Source: Octopus vulgaris (taxonomy: Eukaryota). From it: a stretch of DNA of 64,000 nt. The stretch spans positions 47,306,001 to 47,370,000 of the forward strand of contig OX597825.1 in NCBI GenBank assembly GCA_951406725.2, given 5' to 3'. Below are positions 38,867 to 59,792 of the stretch, one piece after another; the stretch's first letter is position 1, and the number at the start of each line of letters is the position of its first letter. The notes under the pieces were generated by a model that saw nothing but the letters and a program-made list of their open reading frames with translations, was not told the DNA's origin and did not search any database. A program made the translations under genes and the position numbers.

Positions 38867-38986
38867 CATTATTATTATAATTCTTCTTCTTCTTCTTCTT
38901 CTTCTTCTTCTTCTTCTTCTTCTTCTTCTTCTTCTTCTTCTTCTTCTTCTTCTTCTTCTTCTTCTTCTTCTTCTTCTTCTTCTTCT

Positions 38987-40020
38987 TTAATGTCTATGCA
39001 CAACTTCTAACGCTGGAGATGTACTACGGTACCAGCTGTTCACTACCTGTGAACTAAGGTAACACCTCTTATTTTTCGAGCACCTTCCGGAGTAGTCGAG
39101 CAGTTCCAAGCAGTGCTGTTTTCTGCAAGTGTTCCACCCTTATTGCAAGCCTTATTTGTTCCATGTACTTCTCAAGATTTTTACTCACTGTTCCCAGGGC
39201 TCCGACAATTATTGGTACTACTACTATCTTTTTCAGCAACCACAACTGCTTAACCTCCTAAGCTAACCTATCAAACCTATCGACTTTTTTTACTTCCTTA
39301 TCGCATAACTTGTTGTCAGCTGGACTTGCTATATCTATAATCCAGCATAATTTGCTTTCTTTCTCAATTAAGACTATGTCTGGTTTCTTATTCTCTATCT
39401 CATGGTCGCACTAAATCATAAAATTCCATCGGATCTTTGGATTATCATTTTCGATTATGCCTTCGGGTCTATGTTCGTACCATTTTTTTTTTGCTTTGTC
39501 AATTCCATACTTGTTGCAATGTGTCCAATAAACAATCCTTGCTATATTGTCATGACGTCTCATATATTCTTTCTAGACTAGTAGCGTACATTGACTGGTA
39601 ACATGCCATACGATTTCACCATTTTGTCCAGAAACTCTGCACTTTCTGATGTATTGTCTATTCTGTATTTGATGTAATTTGTACCTCGTACTTGCTCTTG
39701 GGAAGCACAGATTAGAGCCTCTGTTTCTGGTTTTAAATTACTTTTAGTCATCCATAGCCATCTTTTTCTGTCTGTCTTATCTCTAGCATCACTATGAAAT
39801 TGTCCATGCATTATTTTCTTTATCCGCCTATTTTCAGTTTCCTTAATTCTCAAGTCCCTGTACAATGCATTATCTTTGCAATCTTCCATCCTACATAGAC
39901 CTGACCTTCTTATTCCCAATAATAGCGGTTCTGTAGCATTTTTTTTTTTACATACTATGCTATGTTGTTTTCATCTGCTCAAATGCTGCGTCTGCATCCA
40001 ATCAGTCTTCTTCCCTCTCT
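38987..40020 (-). mobile_element. R4/Dong LINE 3' fragment
   Basis: MHGQF..LKPETEALICASQEQ; KPDIVLI; LQKTALLGTARLLRKVL*. Confidence 0.85.
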
Positions 40021-40039
40021 TTTATTATCATTATTATTA

Positions 40040-40121
<82 letters not shown>

Positions 40122-40122
<1 letters not shown>

Positions 40123-40345
40123 GAGTGAGAGAGCAGTTCATGCCATCAAAGTGACACTGGGGTAAAATATACGAAGCCCAATATACCCATCATGACTACC
40201 CGTCTGATAAGGGCACACCAGGCACATGCATCACAACCATATGTGCGCGACATGGTGATCTCATATCAAGATAAACAGCACATGACCTTGCAGGTGGGGC
40301 CCAGTTAGAATTTTCTTCAGGTTGAGTAGCCCATCCCGCTCAAGC
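40122..40345 (-). mobile_element. Retroposon 3' end, same family as 2748-3277
   Basis: Reverse-complement homology; (TAA)n tail. Confidence 0.7.
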
Positions 40346-40386
40346 GTATTATTATTATTATTATTATCATTATTATTATTATTATT

Positions 40387-41256
40387 CAGTGTTTTTTTTT
40401 ATATTGTGCTTTCACTTCACTACCGAGCGCAGCTCTGTGTGCCTTGGATATGTGTTGTGTTTTGTTGTGATGCTCTGATGGTTACTTAGGACGTGGGCAG
40501 TGCCCAGTAGTGCGATTTTCTGTATGTTATATGTGTTTTTAAATCCTGGTGTTTTATTATGTATTTGTCTGAATATTTTTTTATCATGCCTAATGTACCT
40601 ACTATGATAGGAATTGTTTCTGTTTTTAGATTCCACATTCGAGTTACCTCTATTTCCAGGTCTGTGTATTTTGAAAGTTTCTCCATTTCTTTTAGAGACA
40701 CGTTGTCATCTGCTGGTATTGATATATCAATTAGAAAGCATTTTTTTCTTCATGATCTCTGACAATTATATCTGGTCTGTTGGCCTTAATTTCTCTATCT
40801 GTGTGTATTGGCATATCCCAGAGTGTGGTTGCTTTCTCGTTTTCTGTGACCTTTTCTGGGATGTGCCTATACCATCTTGTTTCTGTTGTTATTCCATAAT
40901 GTTGGTATAGCTTCCAGTGTATGTAGGTCCCAATTCTGTCGTGTCTGTGAATATATTCCTTCTTAGCCAGGACTGGGCAGCCAGAGATAATATGATTTAT
41001 TGTTTCTTGTCCATCTCCACATATTCTGCAGTTACTTGTTATATTTCTTTTCATTATATGTTTTTGGTAATTCCTGGTGGGGAGGCTTTGGTCTTGTGCT
41101 GCAATTAAAAATCCCTCTGTCTCTGCTTTAAGTCCTGAGCGTCTCAACCACTGCTGGGATTTTTCTTTGTCTATTTCTTTTGCATTTAGTTTAGTCCAGT
41201 ATTTGCCATGAAGGGACTTTTCTTGCCATCATTTTATCATGGTCCGTTGCTGTTCT
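40387..41256 (-). mobile_element. R4/Dong LINE 3' fragment (younger)
   Basis: LKAETEGFLIAAQDQ, CRICG..ETINHIISGC zinc knuckle, ANRPDII and IQKIALLGTAHVL. Confidence 0.9.
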
Positions 41257-41321
41257 GTTATTATTATTATTATTATTATAATAATTATTATTATTACTAT
41301 TATTATTATTATTATTATTAA

Positions 41322-42990
<1,669 letters not shown>

Positions 42991-43025
42991 AGATTCTCCA
43001 AGGAATATCTCATCATCATCATTAA

Positions 43026-43230
43026 GGTGGTGAGCTAGCAGAATCGTTCCGGACAAAATGCTTAGGGGTGTTTCGCCCGTCGCTACGTTCTAAGTTCAAA
43101 TTCCACCGAGGCCGTCATAGCCTTTCATCTTTTAGGGATCGATGATATAAATACCAGTTGAACACTGGAGTCGATGTAATCAACTAATCCCTCCCCCAAA
43201 ACGTGCTGCTTTTATGGTAAAATTTGAAGA
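43026..43230 (+). mobile_element. Meta-domain SINE (diverged)
   Basis: Homologous to 38442-38660. Confidence 0.7.
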
Positions 43231-43241
43231 TATTATTACGA

Positions 43242-43285
<44 letters not shown>

Positions 43286-44773
43286 CTTTGATAAAAGTTA
43301 CTCCTTAGATAACCACTTCCTCGACTCACAAAGCCGAAAAAGTGACGTTAAAGAGAATTTCACAGACTTGTGTATTTCTTATATGCCTCACGCACCTTCA
43401 AAACATGTCACTTGCTAGACAAGTAAAACTCTGAATGTTGCACCTGAAATACGCTGAAAATCCACTTCCTCCTAGCATGGAAATAATACTTCCCAGCTTT
43501 TCTTAGGTTTAACTATTTTGGTATGATTGCTTTTACGTAAAAATACAGTGAAAATTTCCTGCCAAATTTTATATTTCAAGGGAAATAACTCATTATCTTT
43601 TCAAAAGAATATATCCCCTTGGAGTTGCAATTGGCAAGCAAAAAGTTTCAGCGTCATTAAATGCTTTCGGACAGAATGCTTTTGGATCTGTATTTCGGAT
43701 TTTTAACATTCTCAGTTCAAATCCCTACGAAGTCCATTTTGCCTTCCATTGTTTCATTTAGTCATTAAACTAAAATATTCCCAACTACTATCATCTGCAA
43801 ATTTGTGATTTATTGAACTATTTGGAATATATAATTGATATTTTGTAACTACACAAGCGGCGTTTTAAGTGAAAATATATAAAAACGAAACTGAAATCAT
43901 TAACGTCTTTAATCCGGAATTCTAACGGCTCTGACTAGCATATGTTCTAGATGAAGCGATAAGTAGATAGTCGAAACTGCGATGCTAATTCAATCCTTGA
44001 TTTAAGCTTTCACTTTCGCCACAACTCTCTTGGGAAAGACATGAACCGCAAAATATCTTATCTCTCCTCTGAATGCTTTTTCTCGTCCAAAATAAGTATA
44101 TAATATTTAATAAGTACCAGAGAACAAGATGTAATTTTTTTGCCACAGTTTCTTCTAATCAAGAGCTTTTGACTTCACATTCGATGCTACTTGATTGTGG
44201 AAGCACTTAATAGTGAAATTAAAAGATGATTACATATAGAGATATATTCAGGTTACATAAAATAATTACTAATAAAATACAGCTAGAGAAATAGGGAAAG
44301 AAGACCGAAAAGAATGACCAAGTAATCAAACGGCTATGCTATTGAAGTTGATATTAGTTTTGGAATTGAACTCAACGAAATATATCTTCACCATTTATCT
44401 ACTTAATTGTTTAAGAAAAAAATCAATGACTAGGTTAATGAACGGATATACCAGTAATATAACATGGGCCTGACAAATATATCTAACCTTTCTTTTAATA
44501 ATGAGTTGCAGTGTTCAATAAATATTCATTGCTCTACATTTAATGAATAATAAATATTAATAAAACCAGATCCACCCCCATGCACAAATCAAAGTCCTTT
44601 CTTCTGGGAATCAAATAATTTTTACTTTTAATCTAAGGCAAATAATCTTACAGAATGTCACGAGCAATTTAAATAATCTAACTATTTGTGTAATGTTTTT
44701 ATGTTATTTTGTTTTCATTAATCCTTTTTCTAATTAACTTTTATTTCCCTCGTGAATGTGAAAATCATATTAG

Positions 44774-44865
44774 CTGTTGGAAGACACAATATTTGTGATT
44801 GGAGGATTCGATGATCTAACGACGATAGCTTGTGTGGAACGTTATGATGACACCGTTGATCAGTG
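44774..44865 (+). CDS. KLHL10: KLHL10-like exon 5 (kelch repeat, not in the ORF track); gene continues beyond this exon
   Basis: Acceptor tattAG. Reads LLEDTIFVIGGFDDLTTIACVERYDDTVDQ(W). Donor TG|GTGAGT; phase 0 to 2. Cumulative CDS is 1661 nt with no stop. Confidence 0.88.
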
Positions 44866-45310
44866 GTGAGTTTTGTTTTAAATTATTTTAGAAAGTGATT
44901 AACTTCTGCCAGTGAGGTTAGTTAAAGAGGAATGGTGGAGATTATAGGAATAAGGAGGAGAAGTTAATGAGTTTTAATTATTGAAGTTTAGTGACATGGA
45001 AAAGGAGTTTCTTGCACGAAATAGTTCTTCAGAAGAGGGATCTCGGTGTTTCTAAATCACGAAGCAGGTAGGGAGGGGTATGGACAAAGACATGGTTAAT
45101 ATCAACTCTCATAATTTTTACATTCAGGAAGCTTTCAAATATACAAATGAATTTTTCCTATTGTTATATAAAATTGACAGTATGCGCGCCTAATAATCAG
45201 CTAATTGCTAAGGTTTTCAGATAAAAATTTCAATTACTTATATTGTAATTGATAGAACAAAATAAACGGCACGGAATTCGCAGCTTTCTACGTAAATTCC
45301 AGAAAATGCC

Positions 45311-45370
<60 letters not shown>

Positions 45371-45524
45371 GTGAGTATGTGTGTGCGTGAGAGGGAGAGA
45401 GAGAGAGAGAGAGAGTGTGAGCGTGAGTGTGTATGTGTATATATATATACAAACATATATGTATATATATACATATATATATATATGTATGCATATATAT
45501 ACACATTGACATATATATATATTT

Positions 45525-45720
45525 ATATATATAATCCGTTCTGTCTGTCTGTGTGTGTGTCTTCAAGGATCTCGGGCATCCTCCATCCGATTGCGCTCAA
45601 ATTTGATATGTAGGTACCGACGATATCAGGGCGTGTAGAGATTCTGAAAAAATTACAAAAATCTATTCCAGGTGAGAATGTGATCGATAAAGCCGTGGGA
45701 ACATGCATTTGTAAAATCGT
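45525..45720 (+). mobile_element. Non-autonomous Helitron/HINE-like 5' fragment
   Basis: TATATAAT..(CTGT)n..atctc..ccgatt..aaatttg pattern. Confidence 0.45.
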
Positions 45721-45893
45721 TTATCTTGGAATAGAAAAAAGTCTATCTTTATTTCTTCTTTTGCTGGTGTTTCAAATTTAGGTTAAATCAGTATTTATCA
45801 AATATGGGACGGTCGGACAAGTTTTGTGAAAATTTGGTTTAAATATTTGACTACTCAGCACCGTCCATTGAACAGGGGGCAGACGTTTTGCTC

Positions 45894-45955
<62 letters not shown>

Positions 45956-46140
45956 ATACATGGGTAGAGGACCTCACCAAAGGCGCAAACAACATGAAAT
46001 ACGTAAACAAACCCGTAAATACATAAGTAACGACAAAAAAAGGAGAACGGGACAAGTAAACACAGAGAAAGGACCCTTCATTAGTTGTCGACTGTCTATT
46101 TACTACTCATTCCGCGCATTCAAGAACAGGCAGATAGAGA

Positions 46141-51110
<4,970 letters not shown>

Positions 51111-51464
51111 GTTAGCTAGCTAGCTAGCTATCCTGTCCTCATCCTTTATTATTTTCTGCTCTTTCTTGAATGTCCTGAAACATCTCTCACTCTCTCTCAC
51201 TCTCTCTGCCTACATACCACTCCTTTTCCTTTTCTTTCTTTCTCTCCCCACCTCTCCCCAAAACAAAAACAATATTGTCTGCATCTAGATAAACAAAAAA
51301 GCATCCGATTCGTATAAATGAACAATGAAACGTTCTGTTTTTACCATTTTGGTTTTGATTTAGGCTTGACGAGTTTGAGGTAGTAAAGAATTATCCAAAA
51401 TCCTGACTGCCTCCTTTTTCATAATATACATCGGTACAACATTTTAAACTCTCTCTCTCTTTCT

Positions 51465-51520
<56 letters not shown>

Positions 51521-51530
51521 TTACACACAT

Positions 51531-51567
<37 letters not shown>

Positions 51568-51572
<5 letters not shown>

Positions 51573-51863
51573 ATCACGTGACCGACCAGACCATCAGATG
51601 TTTTACACATCGCTGGTCACAATGCGTTCGCATTGTTTTAGCCTTCGAATGACGCCACCCCGCTGGCTAAGCAAGCAGGCCAACAGTAGAGTGAGAGAAA
51701 GAGTGGTGAAAGAGTACAGCAGGGATCACAACCCCCTGCCGGAGCATCGTGGAGCTTTTAGGTGTTTTCGCTCCATAAACACTCACAACGCCCGGTCTGG
51801 AAATCGAAACCGCGATCCTATGACCGCGAGTCCGCTGCCCTAACCACTAGGCTATTGCGCCTC

Positions 51864-51865
<2 letters not shown>
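51568..51865 (-). mobile_element. tRNA-derived SINE
   Basis: Homologous to 7550-7848. Confidence 0.8.
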
Positions 51866-51901
<36 letters not shown>

Positions 51902-51956
51902 CTTACTCAGGAATGTTTGCTTCGCGTTCAATTAAATAATAGTAATAATAATAAAT

Positions 51957-52014
<58 letters not shown>

Positions 52015-52016
<2 letters not shown>

Positions 52017-53035
52017 TACAAGACTTCACCAGCTGTGCAAACAACATGAAATACGTAAACAAACGAGTTAAATACGCAAACAACGAGAGAAAAAATGTAA
52101 AACAGGACAAGCACACACAGAGAAAGAACTCTTCAGCAGTTAGCGGCTGTCTATCTACTCCTCATTTCGAGCATACAACGACAACATGTTCCCATGAATT
52201 CGAAAATAAAATTTAGGATTGATGGAGGGTCAAATTTGGAAACAAAATCAGGACAGTGGAGACACACAAGGAAATTGAACGAAAACAAACATAGAGAATA
52301 GTTAGGCCAGAACGAGAGGAAAATAGTGAACGCTGGGAGAAATGTTTTCTTTGAAAAGAGAAAAGATAGAAGAGAAAGAAATAAAACGTCCATTCTTTTG
52401 AACGTCCATGCAGGAAAAGAACAATGATCACGTATAGAAAAGAAAGATGGACGATGATCACATGTGAGCAACGATAGAAAGACAGATAGAAAACGGTGAA
52501 AGAGGGAGGGGAGAAAATGGAATAAGAGAAGGATGAAATTAACAGTATAGAGTAGATTCGCATCAAACAGATGAAGATAAACGTACTTGGGAATGGATGC
52601 GTCGCGTTTAAATAGATAATAATAATTATAATAAATAATATATATATGTATGCATATATGGCCTCAGGACATCACCAACTGTACAAACTACATGAAGTGC
52701 GTAAACAAACGAATTAAATACGTAAATAATGAGAGAAAACATGGAAAACAGAACAAGTAAACACAGAGAACGGACCCTTTATCAGTTGTCGGCTGTCAAT
52801 CTACTCCTCATTTCGAGCATTCAATGGCAATATGAATCTTCAAAGCCAGTTGATCCCATAAATTCTAAAATAAAATTTAGGATGTATGGAGAGTCAAAGT
52901 TGGGAACAAAACAGGAGAGTGGAGACATACAAGGAAACCGGACGAAAACCAACATCGAGGGTCTTTAGTCCAGAACGAGAGGAAAGTAGTGAACGCTAGG
53001 AGAAATATTTTCTTTGAAAAGAGAAAAGATAGAAC
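52015..53035 (-). mobile_element. Two tandem diverged PLE-type termini (52015-52370 and 52665-53035)
   Basis: Shared blocks 'ctactcctcatttcgagcat' and 'ccagaacgagagga..tttgaaaagagaaaagataga'. Homologs at 8330-8545 (+) and 45960-46130 (-). Confidence 0.65.
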
Positions 53036-53697
53036 GACACTCCATGCTTGTTTTCGAGATTGTCTTAGTCCGTTTGCGTTCGGACGGTTGATTTCTGTAG
53101 TACTATCAATGTATTTTGGCGATTTAAATACGAGTTTTGACTGTTATTTCCAGCATGTAGACATACTTATATATGTCTTTTCGAAGGTAAGGACAAGACG
53201 CGGCTTCGTTGAAACATTCCTTCTCGCAAAGCAAAGTAAATAAAATTTGGGATTTTTTGCGGAGGGTAAAAGTGGTAACAAGAACAGGACAGTAAGAACA
53301 AAACAGTAAGAACAATAAACAAGTAAAAAACGGTAAAAGACAGAACAATGAGAACAAAACAGTAAAAACAAACGATGAGGGCGGTTAAGTCAAGACGATG
53401 GAAAAATTATTCTGAACACTTAAGGAGACAGCATATGAAAGAGACAGGTTAAGCTGGTCTGGTCTTGGTGAAGATAGCAGTCGGAAAGATGGCTTCCCTC
53501 TCATCACGTGTCAGTGACGAGAGAGTCGATGAGGAGGAGGAGGAGGAGGAGGAGTAAGAGAGAGGGAACGGTGAAAGGGAGAGGAGAAGAATAGGGAAGG
53601 GTGGGAGAGAAAATCAGAAAGGATGAAGAACAAGAGAGGGAGAGAGATAGACAGAGAAGAAATAGTAAAGGAGAAGAGCGCGCATCATAATTATTAA

Positions 53698-54242
53698 GAT
53701 AAAATTTATTTCGAAAAGGATGCGTGGCGTTCGATCATATAATAATATAAATAATATATAAATATATGCATATATACATACATATATGTACATACCTGCA
53801 TATATATGTATATATACATACATATATGGGTACAGGACATCAAAGAAACGTTGAACACAATGAGTAACGAAAACATAAAAAAAAATTCCCTTTTTAAAAC
53901 AACGAAAAATACAGTTGTCCCTATTTTATCTACTCCACGTTTTGTTCTTAACTTCGCAGCGCGGAGTAGATGAAACAGGGACAACTGAAGAAGGGGCATA
54001 TTCCTTGTATTGCATGTCTTGTATTCTATTTTTTTCCTTGTTTGAAAAAAGTTCGTTTCTATGTTTTTGTTTTTGTTTTCGTTTCCCATTGTGTTCAACG
54101 ATTTTTTTATGTTCTGTACCCATATATGCATGTATATATACATATATATGTAGGTATGTACATATATGTATATATGCATATATTTATATATTATTTATAT
54201 TATTATATGATCGATCGCCACGCATCCTTTTCCAAGTAAGTT

Positions 54243-54248
<6 letters not shown>
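53698..54248. repeat. ~550-bp foldback (arms 53698-53938 and 53962-54248)
   Basis: gaaaaggatgcgtggcg / cgccacgcatccttttc and cagttgtccct..tctactcc / ggagtaga..agggacaactg. Confidence 0.9.
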
Positions 54249-54290
<42 letters not shown>

Positions 54291-54322
54291 ATATATATAT
54301 ATATATCTACCTACCTACCTAC

Positions 54323-54353
<31 letters not shown>

Positions 54354-54354
54354 C

Positions 54355-54392
<38 letters not shown>

Positions 54393-54518
54393 ATCTATAT
54401 GTATGTATATATAGATATATACACATTTATATATACACATATACACATATATATATATATGTATTTATATATACATTTATATATTCATATACGTATATGC
54501 ATATATATATATTTTTTC

Positions 54519-54559
<41 letters not shown>

Positions 54560-54650
54560 TGTATGTATATATGTACATATATATATATTATATATATATA
54601 TATATAATATATATATATATATAATGTATATATATATATATATATATATA

Positions 54651-56216
54651 CTTTATTTTAAGCAGCAGAAAATTCAACAAAATCTGTTACTCTGAGTTTC
54701 TCGTTGCCGTTCATCAGACAGTTTTTGCTAGAATGGAACATATATATTAATTCAATCTATACTCTTACAAACGCTACACCTTTAAAAAAAAATGGACTTG
54801 TTTGATTGGCCCTTTAGAAAAAACGGTCAATCTTCGAGCGATAAACAAAAAGGTCAAAAATATATGTATATATATATAAAAAACTTATAAAATTATAAAA
54901 TCCGAGGAAAAAACCGAGGAAAAAACCGAGGAAAAAACCTATTGCCGTTAATGAAGACAGTACAAATTAATGCATAGAAATTAAACCTGTTATAAATACT
55001 GCAATACATATTTATATTAAAATCCACATATATATATCAACATACACAAAAGGATAGAGTATATATTTTGTATTTTGATTTTTTGATTTTGATTTTGACT
55101 CTTGAGCGCTACGACGGACCTATAGCAAAGTCTTATTGTTTCTACATATATATTAGGAAAAACCTACAAACTTTGTTTTCATGTTATTGTATTGCATAAG
55201 ATTACCTTGATTATTTATATTACCTTGATTATTTATAAATGACCCAAAATAGGATGTTATATTTTATTTTATATGTCTTTCGTATATATTTTTATTAATG
55301 CACCCATTTTTTAAAAGCAATGTTTTTTTTAAAAAAAGCAATGTTGTCAAATTTAGAATGTTTATATAAGTTTGTATATAGCAAAGCATATATATTTGTA
55401 AGCATGCGTATCTGTGTATGTGTAAGTGAAAGTATGCTTGTGCTTAAGCACGCATACACACGACGGTATGTATATGTATCAATTCAAACTTGTGTATGTA
55501 TACTGGCCTCTATAGATGTCAATAATATTGCTACAAGTTTTCCCCACCCCTCCTTCGTTTCTTTTTTCTCTCTTTCCCTTTCTTTCGTTCCCCCTCCTTG
55601 CTCAGTATATGAGAATTGCTACATAGATGAATTTTAGCTTGCGTGCGAGACGGTTTGCGTGAATATATGTACACATGCTTTTATGTGTATAATTTAGATT
55701 CATATTCATACGTCTGTATATGTATGTATGGCGTTTACGCGCATCCTTTTGTGTATGTTGATATATATATGTGGATTTTAATATAAATATGTATTGCAGT
55801 ATTTATAACAGGTTTAATTTCTATGCATTAATTTGTACTGTCTTCATTAACGGCAATAGGTTTTTTCCTCGGTTTTTTCCTCGGTTTTTTCCTCGGATTT
55901 TATAATTTTATAAGTTTTTTATATATATATACATATATTTTTGACCTTTTTGTTTATCGCTCGAAGATTGACCGTTTTTTCTAAAGGGCCAATCAAACAA
56001 GTCCATTTCTTTTTAAAGGTGTAGCGTTTGTAAGAGTATAGATTGAATTAATATATATGTTCCATTCTAGCAAAAACTGTCTGATGAACGGCAACGAGAA
56101 ACTCAGAGTAACAGATTTTGTTGAATTTTCTGCTGCTTAAAATAAAGCATATTACTCTACCACTGGTATTTGAGTACTCTTTTTTCCACCTTGTTTCACA
56201 TTTATGTGTTTACTCC

Positions 56217-56219
<3 letters not shown>
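54651..56219 (+). mobile_element. Non-coding PLE-derived foldback: 405-bp inverted arms, HHRs, unique 3' tail
   Basis: 54651-55055 is the near-identical reverse complement of 55743-56147. Tail 56148-56219. (TA)n on both flanks. Confidence 0.9.
56071..56120 (+). ncRNA. Minimal type I hammerhead ribozyme (mirror copy 54678-54727 on -)
   Basis: CTGT-CTGATGA-ACG gcaa CGA-GAAA-CTC a GAG-TA-ACAG. Predicted cleavage after 56110. Confidence 0.8.
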
Positions 56220-56262
<43 letters not shown>

Positions 56263-56672
56263 GATAGAGAGAGAGAGGGGGAGGGAGAGAGAGAAAGAGA
56301 AATGATGAAAAAACACAGAAGATTGGTTTTACAGGATTAAGAATATATTAGAGCCATGATAATAAAGATATACAATTTTGTACAAAATTAGGTTTTGTTC
56401 TTTCAAAATAATTGAAGTAAGGATCGATTTCGCATTGCTCATCAGACTAAGAGTAGAAAGAGATAAATTTCCATGGAAGATAATTGTCCATGCATTAATT
56501 TTGAAGTAAAGGGGACGTAAATGTGTTATTTATTTTTTTGTTTTTTTTTGTGTGTTTTGTTCTGCTTAATTCTGGATTACATCTTCCATTAGATGGGGTA
56601 CATCCTTTATTTTTAATATGGTTTCATATATAATTCTTGTTTGTATTTTTTCTATCTATCTATCTATCTATC

Positions 56673-56717
<45 letters not shown>

Positions 56718-56718
<1 letters not shown>

Positions 56719-56892
56719 CGCCATGATAGATCGGTAGCCACTACACGCATTTTTTTCTCTCCTTGTTCTTTTCTGTGTCCCTTTCTGTAGAAGAGCGTAG
56801 GCTAGAAACGTAAAATACTTTTTCAATTCCTGAGCGTTATACTAATACATCTGTTTGCTTTCTACACCACCTCTCTTCGTGAACTCTCCCTA
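56718..56892 (+). mobile_element. PLE pseudo-LTR fragment with variant HHR (56781-56816)
   Basis: Homologous to 10213-10400. Confidence 0.75.
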
Positions 56893-56905
56893 TATATATA
56901 TATTT

Positions 56906-56960
<55 letters not shown>

Positions 56961-56967
<7 letters not shown>

Positions 56968-57617
56968 GAAGGAGCTTCTACAGGACTAGAACTGTTTCAT
57001 TCAAGAGAAATCTTCAGGAAGCTAGTTAACAAGAATTGTATTGGCATTTATACATTTAGGCAGGTTTAAAGGGGTGTTGGTGGGGGACTTTTTGGGGGTA
57101 GGCATAGCGCAAAATATCATACTTGGGGGAGTGGTCAAGGAGTCAGTGTTAAATTAGATAGAAGAATAAATAAAAAATAAAAAAAATAAAAATATATATA
57201 TATATAAAAAAAGGGGGAATAGAGTTTTAGGTAAATAAGGAGATTCTCACTTATACCTATGCACATATGTATACATATATACACACGCATACAAACATAT
57301 ATACATATACATACACACATACATACACACACATATATATATACATATATATACACTTACACATACATATACATATCTACACATACACATATATGTATAC
57401 ATACACACACTCACATGCATACACGTATACACACATGTATATATACACACACACGACCACACATACATATACACACAGAAAAATATATATACACATACAC
57501 ACACATACTCACATACACGCATACACACACAAATCCACACACACACATGCACACACAGCACACTAGTCCCTATATACACATATATACACATACACACATA
57601 TATACACACACATACAT

Positions 57618-57663
<46 letters not shown>

Positions 57664-58090
57664 GTGTACCTATGCATACCTACACATACACACACATATA
57701 TATATACACACACATATATATACACATACAAATACAGACCCATTCCCTAATTTTAATTTTATTATCTTCGTTTATTACTTTTGTTATCTTTGGCCGCTTG
57801 GTCACAAACATCTTGGCTATGACAGCCAGTCCATTTATCTGTCTACTGGAAAACAAGCACTCATTCACTCACGCACACTCTTTAGCACGTACACTCACTC
57901 ATTCGTACACTCATACACATACACGCACGCACGCGTTATATTCATACATACATACATCTACATACATTCACGTATATACACATACGTACGCGTACCTACA
58001 GATTCATGTCTACACTCTTAGAAGGCTAGTCTATACATATACACCAATAAATATAAATACACACACATACACGTACACCTACATACAAAT

Positions 58091-58154
<64 letters not shown>

Positions 58155-58375
58155 TCACATATATATACACATATATACATACACATACATACATACACAT
58201 ATATACACATATACACACATATACACATATATACACACATACACATACATACATATACACACATACACATACATACGTATACATACATACATACATCCAT
58301 ACATCCATACATACATACATTTATACACATACACACACCCACATACATACATATATATACGCGCATATATATATC

Positions 58376-58407
<32 letters not shown>

Positions 58408-59270
58408 CATATATACATATATATTCATACACACACATACATATACATACATACATATACAAATATACGCACACACATACATACATACTCATATACTCAT
58501 ACACGCACATACACATGTACATGCGTACCCATACACACACACACACACGCGCGCGTCCATATATACACATAAGTACACCCATGCGTAAAAGTATACATAT
58601 ATCTATGCTTACACATACACACACACACACGCGCCTCCTTATATTCATACTTACATGCATACTCAAAAAATAAGTAAATAGTAAAATATATATACGCGAG
58701 TATGCATGTATGAATAACTGCGCGTATATATATTTTACTATTTACTTATTTTTTGAGTATGCATGTAAGTATGAATATAAGGAGGCGCGTGTGTGTGTGT
58801 GTATGTGTAAGCATAGATATATGTATACTTTTACGCATGGGTGTACTTATGTGTATATATGGACGCGCGCGCGTGTGTGTGTGTGTATGGGTACGCATGT
58901 ACATGTGTATGTGCGTGTATGAGTATATGAGTATGTATGTATGTGTGTGCGTATATTTGTATATGTATGTATGTATATGTATGTGTGTGTATGAATATAT
59001 ATGTATATATGTATATATGTATATGTATATATATATATATAGATATATATATGCGCGTATATATATGTATGTATGTGGGTGTGTGTATGTGTATAAATGT
59101 ATGTATGTATGGATGTATGGATGTATGTATGTATGTATGTATACGTATGTATGTGTATGTGTGTATATGTATGTATGTGTATGTGTGTATATATGTGTAT
59201 ATGTGTGTATATGTGTATATATGTGTATGTATGTATGTATGTGTATGTATATATGTGTATATATATGTGA

Positions 59271-59326
<56 letters not shown>

Positions 59327-59754
59327 ATTTGTATGGAGGTGTACGTGTATGTGTGTGTATTTATATTTATTGGTGTATATGTATAGACTAGCCTTCTAAG
59401 AGTGTAGACATGAATCTGTAGGTACGCGTACGTATGTGTATATACGTGAATGTATGTAGATGTATGTATGTATGAATATAACGCGTGCGTGCGTGTATGT
59501 GTATGAGTGTGCGAATGAGTGAGTGTACGTGCTAAAGAGTGTGCGTGAGTGAATGAGTGCTTGTTTTCCAGTAGACAGATAAATGGACTGGCTGTCATAG
59601 CCAAGATGTTTGTGACCAAGCGGCCAAAGATAACAAAAGTAATAAACGAAGATAATAAAATTAAAATTAGGGAATGGGTCTGTATTTGTATGTGTATATA
59701 TATGTGTGTGTATATATATGTGTGTATGTGTAGGTATGCATAGGTACACATATG

Positions 59755-59792
<38 letters not shown>

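Noticed and set aside
43935-43988. Possible hammerhead (TAGCAT..GATGA..CGAAAC..ATGCTA)
   Set aside because: The core and cleavage triplet are too degenerate to call.
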